From contig CP066690.1 of the NCBI GenBank assembly GCA_016432465.1, forward strand, positions 122,702 to 186,701: a DNA stretch of 64,000 nucleotides, read 5' to 3'. Below, one piece after another: positions 1 to 8,522 of the stretch. Both the position numbers and the translations under genes were made by a program. Below the pieces are notes generated by a model, which was not told where the DNA came from, ran no database searches, and saw only the letters and a list, made by a program, of their open reading frames with translations. Source of the stretch: Candidatus Sungiibacteriota bacterium. GTDB lineage: Bacteria; Patescibacteriota; Minisyncoccia; Sungbacterales; HO2-52-23. Positions within the stretch are counted from its first letter, which is position 1; every line of letters starts with the position of its first letter.

Positions 1-842
1 CTCTGACGCCAAAACCGCTTTCTTGGGCTCTCCCAAATACGCTTTTACCGCCCTTATCTCGGACATGAGGCGGTTAAGTCCTGTAAGCTCAAGGCTGGCT
101 GCTTGATCCGAACCCCACATAGCGCGATCCAAAGTAATATGCCTTTCTACCATACAAGCACCCAAGGTTGCTGCCACCAGTGTCGGATACGCGCCGACTT
201 CATGACCGGAGTACCCAATAAAGGCGCGCGGATATTTCTTAATTAAATGCGGTATGGTGGCAAGATGAAGTTCTTCGTGATTGGCAGGATATGTGGATAC
301 GCAATGCAGCAGCACGAGATTATCCTCGCCCAAAAAATTCACCATGCGAGCAGTGGCCGCCTCGTCCGACATGCCGGTAGAAACAACTATGGGTCTGCCT
401 TTGGATTTAATATATGCCATAAGTTCCCGGTCTTGATTACAGGCCGAGGCAACTTTGTAACAGGGTGGATCATATTGTTCCAGAAAATCTACACTTGCTT
501 CGTCCCAAGGAGAAGCATACCACAAAATGCTCTTGGCTTTGCAGTATTTATCAATTTCATCATACTGTTTCTTGTCAAATTCCAGTCCGCGTTTCAAATC
601 GCCATTGGTAGACCCAAACGGATTCTCGCGGGGACGAGCAAGCTCCTCCGAAGTATACACCACATCCACGGTTCGCTTCTGAAATTTTACCGCATCACAG
701 CCCGCCTCCACCGCGCCATCAATCAACTTCTTGGCGGTTTCCACGTTGCCGTTATGGTTGATGCCTATTTCTGCCACCACAAAAACTGGTTCTCCGTAAC
801 CAACATAACGATCGCCTATTTTAACCCTTCTTTGCCCGTTCA
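1..842 (-). CDS. NeuB-family nonulosonic (sialic/pseudaminic/legionaminic) acid synthase, C-terminally truncated by window edge
   Basis: Reverse-strand translation from ATG at 842 gives MNGQRRVKIGDRYVGYGEPVFVVAEIGINHNGNVETAKKLI..., the classic NeuB/PseI N-terminus with the AEIGxNHNG motif. This ORF is not in the six-frame track because it runs off the window. The plus-strand ORF 247..876 is its antisense shadow. Confidence 0.7.
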
Positions 843-950
843 TGGTAGGAAATCCGGACGTTGTTTACACTTTTGAGACAACGAAACATACAAGTCTTGT
901 CGAAAAAGTGGAAACAACACCCTAAAATCTTATGACCTCTGCCGGTTAGT

Positions 951-2024
951 TTATAAAACAATCTGGTCCTCGGTAAGCACGGTATCTGCCGGGATATCTA
1001 CTTTAGCGGTCTTGCCCACCACTGTATGAATCAGTGTCGGTTTTATTCCGTGTCCGGGACTCTTACAAGTAAGCATGTCCTCTCTGACCAAAGTGCCCTG
1101 CGGTATGGGAATCTTACTGACCAGACTTTTACCGTGCTTATTGCGCATGGAAATCTCCCTATCGTGTAACCTAACTTCGCGATCTTTCACCGCCCGTTCT
1201 ATTCTACGAATTTGTTTGACCATCTCTGTAAATTCCAAAGGGTCAAGACTGACTGTGCTGTGGTCTGGTCCGGGCAAGGCTTTGTCTAGTGTAAAGTGCC
1301 GCTCCACTGACGCGGCCCCCAACGTTACGGCTGCAATAGTAGGTACAAATCCCACTTCGTGGCCGGAGTAACCGACCGGGAGAGGCCGGTAGCGCTCGCG
1401 CATAGCAGTAATAGCTCCTATATTCAAATCCTCATCCGGAGTAGGATATATAGACACGCAATGTTTTATAATCAACTGGTTACTGTGTTTCAAAATTGTA
1501 TTTACCGCTTCGTCCATTTCTTCCTGATCGGCCATGCCTGTTGACATAAAAACTGGCTGTCCGATTTTGGCCACAAATTCCAAAAGTGGCCTGTTGTTTA
1601 CGTCAAAAGAGGCAATCTTCCAGCAATCCATGCCAATATGCGCTAAAGACTCTGCACTTTTTAAATCAAAAGCTGTTACAAAAAAGGCAAGCCCTAAAGA
1701 ATGAGCAATGTTTTTAAGCTCCGAAAACTGTTCATCGCTAAGTTCCAATTTCTGCCGGTATTCGCCATAAGTTTTACCCAAAGAAGTAGAATGGGTCTGG
1801 GGCTTGGACAAAAGATCTTGCGTAAAGACTTCGTTTAAACGACGTCTCTGAAATTTGACCGCATCCGCACCGGCAAGCGCGGCCGAGATCACTGACTTTC
1901 GGGCAAGCTCCATCTCGCCATTATGATTATTGCCGACTTCAGCAATAACAAAGGTAGGGTGGCCCTCCCCCACGTATTTATCACGTATCTTTATGGCTCT
2001 GGGAAGCGTTGAATCCAGCCTCAT
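951..2024 (-). CDS. NeuB-family nonulosonic acid synthase with C-terminal SAF (antifreeze-like) domain; second tandem paralog
   Basis: FVIAEVGNNHNGEMELARK motif. The C-terminus (IPIPQGTLVREDMLTCKSPGHGIKPT) is typical of a SAF domain. Start placed at the internal Met (MRLDSTLPRAIKIRDKYVGEGHPTFVIAE); the longer track ORF to 2114 would overlap the upstream gmhA-like gene by 47 nt. Confidence 0.7.
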   Translation of the reverse strand: MRLDSTLPRAIKIRDKYVGEGHPTFVIAEVGNNHNGEMELARKSVISAALAGADAVKFQRRRLNEVFTQDLLSKPQTHSTSLGKTYGEYRQKLELSDEQFSELKNIAHSLGLAFFVTAFDLKSAESLAHIGMDCWKIASFDVNNRPLLEFVAKIGQPVFMSTGMADQEEMDEAVNTILKHSNQLIIKHCVSIYPTPDEDLNIGAITAMRERYRPLPVGYSGHEVGFVPTIAAVTLGAASVERHFTLDKALPGPDHSTVSLDPLEFTEMVKQIRRIERAVKDREVRLHDREISMRNKHGKSLVSKIPIPQGTLVREDMLTCKSPGHGIKPTLIHTVVGKTAKVDIPADTVLTEDQIVL

Positions 2025-2067
2025 AAATAGTAAAACGTGGCCGTATTGACGGTGGTAACGAGTAACT

Positions 2068-2640
2068 TCATGCAAATAAGGCCCGTTCAACCAAATCGCA
2101 TATAATATGTCCAAGTGTTATGTGCGTCTCCTGAATGCGTTGCGTATCGTCTGAAGGCACCACCAAGGCGCAATCAACCAAGTCCTTAAGCTTTCCGCCC
2201 CCACGGCCCAAAAATCCGATCACCCGCAAGTTTCGTTTTTTTCCTTCCTCCACTGCCCGCATCACATTGGGCGAGTTGCCACTGGTGCTTATCGCCAACA
2301 AAAGATCCTTGGGGTGGTTGGCCAAGGCCTCCACTTGTCTGGCAAAAATCAGATCATATCCGTAATCGTTGCCCAAGGCCGTAAGAATAGAGGTATCAGT
2401 AGTAAGCGCTATAGCCGGCAGGGCCCGGCGCTCTTTCCTGAATCTGCCCACCAGTTCTCCGGCTATATGCTGGGCATCAGCCGCACTGCCGCCGTTACCC
2501 ATAATAAGCACCTTACCCCCGCCTTGATACGTATCCGCGATCATCTCGGCGGCCTGCACTACCAAATCAGCCAGTGTCTCGGCTGATTTTACTTTTACCT
2601 CGGCGCTCTCCTGCAATTGTCTTATAACTTCTTTTTTCAT
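2068..2640 (-). CDS. gmhA: SIS-domain phosphoheptose isomerase (D-sedoheptulose-7-phosphate isomerase, GmhA-like)
   Basis: 190 aa. SIS motifs [11 protein letters not shown] and [10 protein letters not shown]; size and pattern match GmhA. Confidence 0.7.
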   Translation of the reverse strand: MKKEVIRQLQESAEVKVKSAETLADLVVQAAEMIADTYQGGGKVLIMGNGGSAADAQHIAGELVGRFRKERRALPAIALTTDTSILTALGNDYGYDLIFARQVEALANHPKDLLLAISTSGNSPNVMRAVEEGKKRNLRVIGFLGRGGGKLKDLVDCALVVPSDDTQRIQETHITLGHIICDLVERALFA

Positions 2641-3491
2641 ACGTAGTGGCTGTCAAAACGCCGACAAGCTTCTTGGTAGCGTTCTGGTGTTCCAATATCT
2701 AATAATTCTCCCTTGGCAAGAAATCCTCTACACTTTCCGCTTTCCGCAAGTTTAGGAAAAACGTCATATTCTAAGGAGAATGTTTTATCCTGCGGAAAAA
2801 AAACTGTAATTTCTTTCCCCATCAGATATATTCCTGCACTAATAAATCCCCCCACCTTCCCAGCGGGGTATTGGACCCCGCGGGAAGGATTTATACGGCG
2901 CCCATTCATCCCCGCAACAAGGGAAGTCTGACTTCCCAAGCTGCGGGAATTCTGGGAAGGTGGGGGGACAAATCGGGCCAGGGTATTTAAATCTTTCTCA
3001 TGAAAAGCAGTAATGAGGAGGTCGTCATTACAAATTACTGTTCCTCCGTCGGTTTTTGCCCTGACGGCAAGCGCAAACGACGCAACCGGTGCAAGCTTTT
3101 TGTGGGTACGCAGGAGTCCGGAAAAATTAACAGGGCAAAAGGAGTCGCCGTTCATTACAAAAAAGGGGTCACTGCTTATAAGCGGGAGTGCTTTTTTCAG
3201 AGCTCCCCCCGTTCCCAGAGGCGTCTTCTCCTCCGAAAATAAAATTTTAACATCAGGGTCTTTACCGTATTTTTTTTTCACATGCTCTTTCACCTGTTCA
3301 CCCAGATGCCCGATACATAAAATAAAACGCCGAAACCCAACCCGACTTAGATCTCCTAGCAAAAGGTCAATAAACGCCAGCTCGCCGATTGGAGCCAATA
3401 CCTTGGGACGATCCTTCACTACCGTCTGCAAGCGCACTCCAAGGCCCCCGCAAAGAATTACAACATCAGTTTTGGAAAGTGGAACGTACAT
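2637..3491 (-). CDS. Sugar-1-phosphate nucleotidyltransferase (HddC/GmhC-like, GDP-heptose type) carrying an in-frame insertion of about 40 aa from a palindromic repeat element
   Basis: N-terminus [13 protein letters not shown]...PKVLAPIG is an NTP_transferase G-loop. At 284 aa it is about 40 aa longer than typical. The extra segment ([40 protein letters not shown]) is encoded exactly by the 120-bp palindromic element at 2848-2967. Confidence 0.6.
   Translation of the reverse strand: MYVPLSKTDVVILCGGLGVRLQTVVKDRPKVLAPIGELAFIDLLLGDLSRVGFRRFILCIGHLGEQVKEHVKKKYGKDPDVKILFSEEKTPLGTGGALKKALPLISSDPFFVMNGDSFCPVNFSGLLRTHKKLAPVASFALAVRAKTDGGTVICNDDLLITAFHEKDLNTLARFVPPPSQNSRSLGSQTSLVAGMNGRRINPSRGVQYPAGKVGGFISAGIYLMGKEITVFFPQDKTFSLEYDVFPKLAESGKCRGFLAKGELLDIGTPERYQEACRRFDSHYV
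2848..2967. mobile_element. About 120-bp GC-rich palindromic MITE/RPE-like element, copy 1, inserted in frame within the nucleotidyltransferase CDS
   Basis: Inverted termini CCCCCCACCTTCCCAG (2848-2863) and CTGGGAAGGTGGGGGG (2952-2967). Internal nested hairpins GCGGGGTATTGGACCCCGC and CCCGCAacaaGGGAAGTCTGACTTCCCaagcTGCGGG. A near-identical copy is at 29708-29828. Confidence 0.6.
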
Positions 3492-3503
3492 AAAATAAGC
3501 CTC

Positions 3504-4412
3504 TTAACTAAAACCCCCGTCCCACAAAACAGGCTGCCTTAATTTCCCTGTTTCCGCGCTGCCGTGTCTTACAAAATCCCAGGATTTTTTAAAAATTTTC
3601 CACGGTCGCGCGAGGAACGGAAGCTCACGGTCTAAATTGCGTAGACGATATTTTAAATAAAACCACGGGGAGCAGTACTCTTTGACCAAACGTCTGGAAT
3701 CTGCCAGATGTCCTTTCGAATTAATCACAACCATGCTGTGATCGTATATAAAGTGGTGAAAGGTATTAAGACGGCAAAATTTAACAACCATGCCCTTTTT
3801 TATAAACTCCAGCACAAACCCGTTATCGGCGTTGGGACTTTCCGGAAAAAGCATGGCCGAACGCACCAAGGCGTCACGGCGGAAAAACCACCCAACCTCC
3901 GCCGCCCCCTTATAACGAAATACGTCCTCTACACTCTTTCCATAATTTACCCCCGGAGGCACGCAGTATTCGGTTATGACACCGTTTCTTTCTTTGGTAC
4001 CGCCGCAGATCAAAAGATCAATTTCCGGATGCGCTTCCAAAGCTTTAATCGCCTGTTTTACCCCTTCCGGATGATAAATATCATCGTCCATCAGCGGTTT
4101 CAAAAACTTTCCCCGCGCCAAAAGTATGGCCTTATTCTGCGCTTCCTGTCCGCAAGTGTCCGGTTCCGAAATAAATACATCTATTAAATCGCGGTAGCGT
4201 GCAGCTACTTCTCCCGTGTGATCTACGGAGTCCCCATCTATCACTATAAGTTCGTCCTGGGGTCCAATAAATTTTTTTGCCCCTTCCAGCGCCCGCGCCA
4301 AATATTCAGCCCTGTTTTTGGTGATGATAAAAAATGAGACACGCTTGGGAGAATACGCATCAAAAGTATATTTTTCGGCCGTTGTTTTTACTACTGAATT
4401 TTTAAAGCTCAT
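3504..4412 (-). CDS. Glycosyltransferase family 2 (GT-A fold)
   Basis: FFIITKNRAEYLARALEG...LIVIDGDSVD pattern typical of GT2. Confidence 0.65.
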   Translation of the reverse strand: MSFKNSVVKTTAEKYTFDAYSPKRVSFFIITKNRAEYLARALEGAKKFIGPQDELIVIDGDSVDHTGEVAARYRDLIDVFISEPDTCGQEAQNKAILLARGKFLKPLMDDDIYHPEGVKQAIKALEAHPEIDLLICGGTKERNGVITEYCVPPGVNYGKSVEDVFRYKGAAEVGWFFRRDALVRSAMLFPESPNADNGFVLEFIKKGMVVKFCRLNTFHHFIYDHSMVVINSKGHLADSRRLVKEYCSPWFYLKYRLRNLDRELPFLARPWKIFKKSWDFVRHGSAETGKLRQPVLWDGGFS

Positions 4413-5400
4413 CTTGCGGCATTCTATAAATTACTTGGCTTCCCGAGAACTCAAATTTGAAAGGCACTTCCAAGAGTCCTGCTAACGCCTCTTGGACCTT
4501 ATCGCGTAATTCCGGTTTTACGAAAATAAGCATAAAACCTCCGCCTCCTGCGCCTAAAATCTTGCCCCCCAAGGCTCCGGCATGCATGGCCGCCTCATAC
4601 ACTTCGTCAATAAAAGGGTTGGTAATTTTTGACGAAAGCGACTTCTTAAGACGCCAACCCTCATGCAAGAGTCTGCCCAAACGTTCCACGGACTCCTTGG
4701 GACTTACTAGGACTTGGGTAGCCTCGTCAACCAAAGCGTGAAGCGCTTTAAGTTCAATTACCTTATGCGGCGTATTTTTTATCTGCTCGGCCGCAACCTC
4801 GGAGGCGTTCCGGGGAAATCCTGTAAAAAAAAGCGCCAAGTGCTTCTCTAGTTCCTGCATACGCTCGCGCGGCAAATCAAGAGGTTTGACCGCGACGTCA
4901 TCTTTGCCTCCGAATCTGATTTGGTTAAGACCGCCAAAAGCAGCGATGGCCTGATCCTGCGACCCCACGTTCTCCCCAATTCTTTTCTGTTCTACGTGAA
5001 TAGCGTCCAGCGCAAGCTTAAGCTTGCTGACTTCCTGTCCCCGCAGGGCGTAAAGGGAATTCAGAAGGCCTACGGTAAAAGAGGAACTTGAACCGAGCCC
5101 CGACATACCCGGCACATCGGTATTATGTTGTATTTCCACCCCTTCATTAAATTCCAAATGATTCAGGCATTCACGAACCGAGGGGTGCTCAATCTCGGCA
5201 ATAGTCTTTGTTTCCTCGTATTTGCTGTAACGGATGCGGTAGTTGCAATCAAAAAAAGGCGGAAGATACCGGCTGATAACATAACAATATTTATTGATGG
5301 AAGCCGAAAGCACTGCTCCTCCATTTTTTTTGTACCAGACCGGATAGTCAGTTCCACCACCGAAAAAAGAGATACGAAAAGGTGTACGGGTGATTATCAT
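4402..5400 (-). CDS. GHMP-family sugar kinase (D-glycero-D-manno-heptose 7-phosphate kinase HddA-like)
   Basis: GHMP motif PGMSGLGSSSSFTVGLL. The C-terminal GAGGGGF is typical of HddA/GHMP kinases. It lies in a cluster with the GmhA-like and HddC-like genes. Confidence 0.65.
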   Translation of the reverse strand: MIITRTPFRISFFGGGTDYPVWYKKNGGAVLSASINKYCYVISRYLPPFFDCNYRIRYSKYEETKTIAEIEHPSVRECLNHLEFNEGVEIQHNTDVPGMSGLGSSSSFTVGLLNSLYALRGQEVSKLKLALDAIHVEQKRIGENVGSQDQAIAAFGGLNQIRFGGKDDVAVKPLDLPRERMQELEKHLALFFTGFPRNASEVAAEQIKNTPHKVIELKALHALVDEATQVLVSPKESVERLGRLLHEGWRLKKSLSSKITNPFIDEVYEAAMHAGALGGKILGAGGGGFMLIFVKPELRDKVQEALAGLLEVPFKFEFSGSQVIYRMPQDEL

Positions 5401-5489
5401 GGTTAAATCGCTAACTGTTATTAAAACGTGGCAGAGTCCCTATTGGTTTTGTGTGGAATCATAATTCCCCACCGTGGTGGGGAATGAAT

Positions 5490-6914
5490 TTAACGCCTGA
5501 TATAAACATCAAATTTACTGCATACGACATCGGCAAATTGCTTTCCCGTATCAGTCACAACGATGGTGTCATCCGTAAGTTCAACGATGCCGTCATCTTG
5601 ACACTGCTGCAGCGCTACCATCTCGGGCTGGAAATATTCCGCAAATCTTATATCGTACTTCGTCTCCAGCTCCCTTAAATCAAGTAAAAAGTAATTGCGG
5701 ATGGTCTGTATAATTTCACGACGGAGCTGGTCGTCCCGACTCAGCTTGTGTCCCCGGAAAACTGGAAATTGGTTATGCAGAACGGCTGCCGTATAATCTT
5801 TAAGTCCGGTTTCGGGCGAACTAAAAATATTTTGAAAGTCGTAAAGCGATGCCAAACCGCTCACTGCGCCAACCCCAACACCCAAGACCGCCTGATACCT
5901 GCCGGCTGTAACGCCCATACGGTTCCAGGCCATTTTTCCTTCCCTCATGGCCTCAACTACATCATCGGCGGGTTTTGCAAAATGGTCATAACCAGTACGA
6001 ATATATCCCCCTTCCGTTAAAATTTCCGTGGCCTCAAGAAACAACATCTTGCGCTCGGCATTATCAGGGAAAGACGGCATCAACAACTGGTGAGGGAAAA
6101 ATTGCGGTATAAAGTGCATATAGTTTAAGCAGATCCTGTCCGGAGCCATTTCCACTACCTTTTTCATGGTCCTACGCATAGATTCTCTGGTTTGCTTGGG
6201 TAAACCGCAGATAATGTCAAAGTTTATTCCGTTTCTAAAAAGGCGCCGCAGCTCTGGAGCAATAAGTCTCTCAGTTAACACGGCCGGTTGTACCCGCGCC
6301 ACTGCCTTTTGCACTTCCAAATCAAAATCCTGAACGCCAAAAGAAACTCTGGAAATGCCCTTGCTGGCATAATAGCGCATCCCTTCTTCTTTCACGTGAC
6401 GCGGATCAATCTCTATGGCAAACTCGTCCAAAGAATCAAGGTCTGCGACTTCCCTTAACTTTTCAAGCAACCGATCAAAGTCCTCGTTTGTAAGATAGGT
6501 CGGAGATCCGCCGCCAAGATGTACCTCCCGAAAATTTGGCCGGATTTTGTTTTCTTCCAAAAACCGCTTTAATAGCTCTACCTCCTGATAAAGCACCTCC
6601 AGATATCTTTTTATGTCGCTGTAATTTCTGCTTATAACTACATGGCAGGTACAATAAAGGCACTGGACAGGACAATGGGGAATATGAACATAAAGCATGA
6701 GCGGCACCGTCGGATTTCCAAGAAAAAGTTCCCGCAACGCGTCACGATACTGCTTGTCTCCCTCTTCTGCGGACTGGAAAGCAGTCCAAAAACGCAAATT
6801 AGGATATTCGGTGTACATAAAAGAGCGTTCACCGTATTTCTTAACCAAACGGGGGTCGGGATTGCGCAGGGTCACGACTCTATCTCCAAAAAGAGAACTG
6901 TATAGATTATACAA
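5490..6914 (-). CDS. HemN-like radical SAM enzyme (oxygen-independent coproporphyrinogen oxidase-like / class C rSAM family)
   Basis: 474 aa with HIPHCPVQCLYC CxxxCxxC cluster. Overall length and layout are HemN-like. Confidence 0.65.
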   Translation of the reverse strand: MYNLYSSLFGDRVVTLRNPDPRLVKKYGERSFMYTEYPNLRFWTAFQSAEEGDKQYRDALRELFLGNPTVPLMLYVHIPHCPVQCLYCTCHVVISRNYSDIKRYLEVLYQEVELLKRFLEENKIRPNFREVHLGGGSPTYLTNEDFDRLLEKLREVADLDSLDEFAIEIDPRHVKEEGMRYYASKGISRVSFGVQDFDLEVQKAVARVQPAVLTERLIAPELRRLFRNGINFDIICGLPKQTRESMRRTMKKVVEMAPDRICLNYMHFIPQFFPHQLLMPSFPDNAERKMLFLEATEILTEGGYIRTGYDHFAKPADDVVEAMREGKMAWNRMGVTAGRYQAVLGVGVGAVSGLASLYDFQNIFSSPETGLKDYTAAVLHNQFPVFRGHKLSRDDQLRREIIQTIRNYFLLDLRELETKYDIRFAEYFQPEMVALQQCQDDGIVELTDDTIVVTDTGKQFADVVCSKFDVYIRR

Positions 6915-6961
6915 AAATAGCCGCCATCTGTCGATAGCTAAAAGCCATACCGCATGCCCGC

Positions 6962-6995
6962 TCCAAAAACTGGAAAACCCGCCTGAAGGGCGGGT
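6962..6995 (-). terminator. Rho-independent terminator candidate downstream of the B12-rSAM gene
   Basis: Hairpin CCCGCCtgaaGGGCGGG (6978-6994) followed on the minus strand by a T-rich tract. Confidence 0.45.
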
Positions 6996-7003
6996 AGAAA
7001 AAC

Positions 7004-8371
7004 TTAGGCAGGTTGGGAGCGCGTTTCAACCTTGCCGCCAAAAAACTCAAAAGAATTCAGTCCTCTCTCCCTAAGTCTTTGTAGAAGCTCCGTATAATTT
7101 TTGATAATTTGCTCCGGGGTCATACTTCTCCCCCAAGGAGTTTCTTCTTCATATACAAAAGTAAGTTGCGGCAGCTCGTCCCTGTACTTCCCGTGCTGAT
7201 GCATCATCTTTTTCCAGTCACGGAGCACTTCCCGAATACCAAATCTTTCCGGATGATTATAAACTTCTGTCCCCGGACGTAACGTAAAAATAGCCAAATA
7301 AACAAGGTCGGGTTGGGTTTCTTCAATAAAAGACCACGTTCGCTCCACAATGTCCTCTGGCTCTCCCGGAAGACCAATAATTAAATAGATCCTTGCCTCA
7401 ATGTCATTTTCTTTCAGCACCCTTATGGTGTTTTTAGCTCCTTCAACCGTGGTACGCTTGTTAATTATATCAAGCGATCTTTGCCAAACGCTCTCTACTC
7501 CCAAACCCATGGCCATGCATCCGCTTTGTCTGGCCAAAGCCGCAAGAGAGGACGTAATCCCATCCACACGACATTGCCCCCTCCAAACAATGCTGGTTCT
7601 GCCTATGGCTTCCAGATGACGCTGGGCCTGATCCTCTTTTAGGGGAAGAACGATTTCGTCCGAAAGCGACAAACCCTGAATTCCATATTGGGATTTAAGA
7701 TATTCTATTTCCTCTTCCACCCTTTCAGGGGCCCGATATCTTATACCGGGCACCTCAAGCCGCGCATACTCAATGGCGCAAAAATGACAGCGGTACGGAC
7801 ACCCCCTACTAAACATGGCCGTAGTGCCCAAAAGTTCTTCATAGCCCATTTTGTGTTTGAGATTCATAACACTCTTCCTTGCAGTTGCGCTAGCCGGAAG
7901 AAAATGTCTGCGCCAGTGAGGATAAATATTAATATCTACCGGTTTTGGGTCTCTATATATACGCTCTAGCCTCTGCCCCATGAAGTCTTCCAGCGCCTGA
8001 ATAACGGTTCGTTCTCCTTCGCCCAGAATTAAAGCATCAAATACCTCCAGTGACTCTTGAGTAAACATATTAGCATGCGGCCCGCCCGCAATGTGCCGCG
8101 CCCGGGGATAGTGACTGCGCAACGATTTCACTATGGAACATTGCTCTTCATAGTCCAGGGTATAAACAGAATGCAGATAAACATCGCACTCGGGAATGTG
8201 GTAGATGGCCGAGTCTCTTTTGATGCCGCGTAGATCAACTAATCTGGCCTCCACGTCGCGTCCGAAGTGATCCTCCAAAATGGTTAATAACTGAAAGTGA
8301 ACAAAGGGGTCCCCGCGAAAAGGGTCAAACAGATAGTCGCTCGACGGGAATATAAATCCTACCTCCAGCAT
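7004..8371 (-). CDS. B12-binding (cobalamin) radical SAM enzyme
   Basis: N-terminal B12-binding-like domain, then rSAM cluster SRGCPYRCHFCA. Confidence 0.7.
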   Translation of the reverse strand: MLEVGFIFPSSDYLFDPFRGDPFVHFQLLTILEDHFGRDVEARLVDLRGIKRDSAIYHIPECDVYLHSVYTLDYEEQCSIVKSLRSHYPRARHIAGGPHANMFTQESLEVFDALILGEGERTVIQALEDFMGQRLERIYRDPKPVDINIYPHWRRHFLPASATARKSVMNLKHKMGYEELLGTTAMFSRGCPYRCHFCAIEYARLEVPGIRYRAPERVEEEIEYLKSQYGIQGLSLSDEIVLPLKEDQAQRHLEAIGRTSIVWRGQCRVDGITSSLAALARQSGCMAMGLGVESVWQRSLDIINKRTTVEGAKNTIRVLKENDIEARIYLIIGLPGEPEDIVERTWSFIEETQPDLVYLAIFTLRPGTEVYNHPERFGIREVLRDWKKMMHQHGKYRDELPQLTFVYEEETPWGRSMTPEQIIKNYTELLQRLRERGLNSFEFFGGKVETRSQPA

Positions 8372-8472
8372 TTTTTGTCCCTGTTATAAAAGATCATTAT
8401 TTTTAATTTTACTATAAAAACTGCTCTCTAGCAAGCTTGGCATGGAAACTTGGATGATTATTGGCGTCAAAC

Positions 8473-8506
8473 TTAAAAAGAAAGTACCGCATCGGGGTGA
8501 TGCGGC
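8473..8506 (-). terminator. Rho-independent terminator candidate
   Basis: Hairpin CCGCATCggggtGATGCGG (8487-8505) followed by a T-run on the minus strand, downstream of the stop at 8523. Confidence 0.5.
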
Positions 8507-8522
8507 AGTAAGTATCTGCTGC

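Noticed and set aside
247-876. 209-aa plus-strand ORF at the left edge
   Set aside because: It is the antisense shadow of a clearly recognisable minus-strand NeuB-like gene (ATG at 842, AEIGINHNG motif). Its own translation is low-complexity with no motifs.
3708-4187. 159-aa plus-strand ORF
   Set aside because: Antisense to the well-supported GT2 gene 3504..4412; no motifs.
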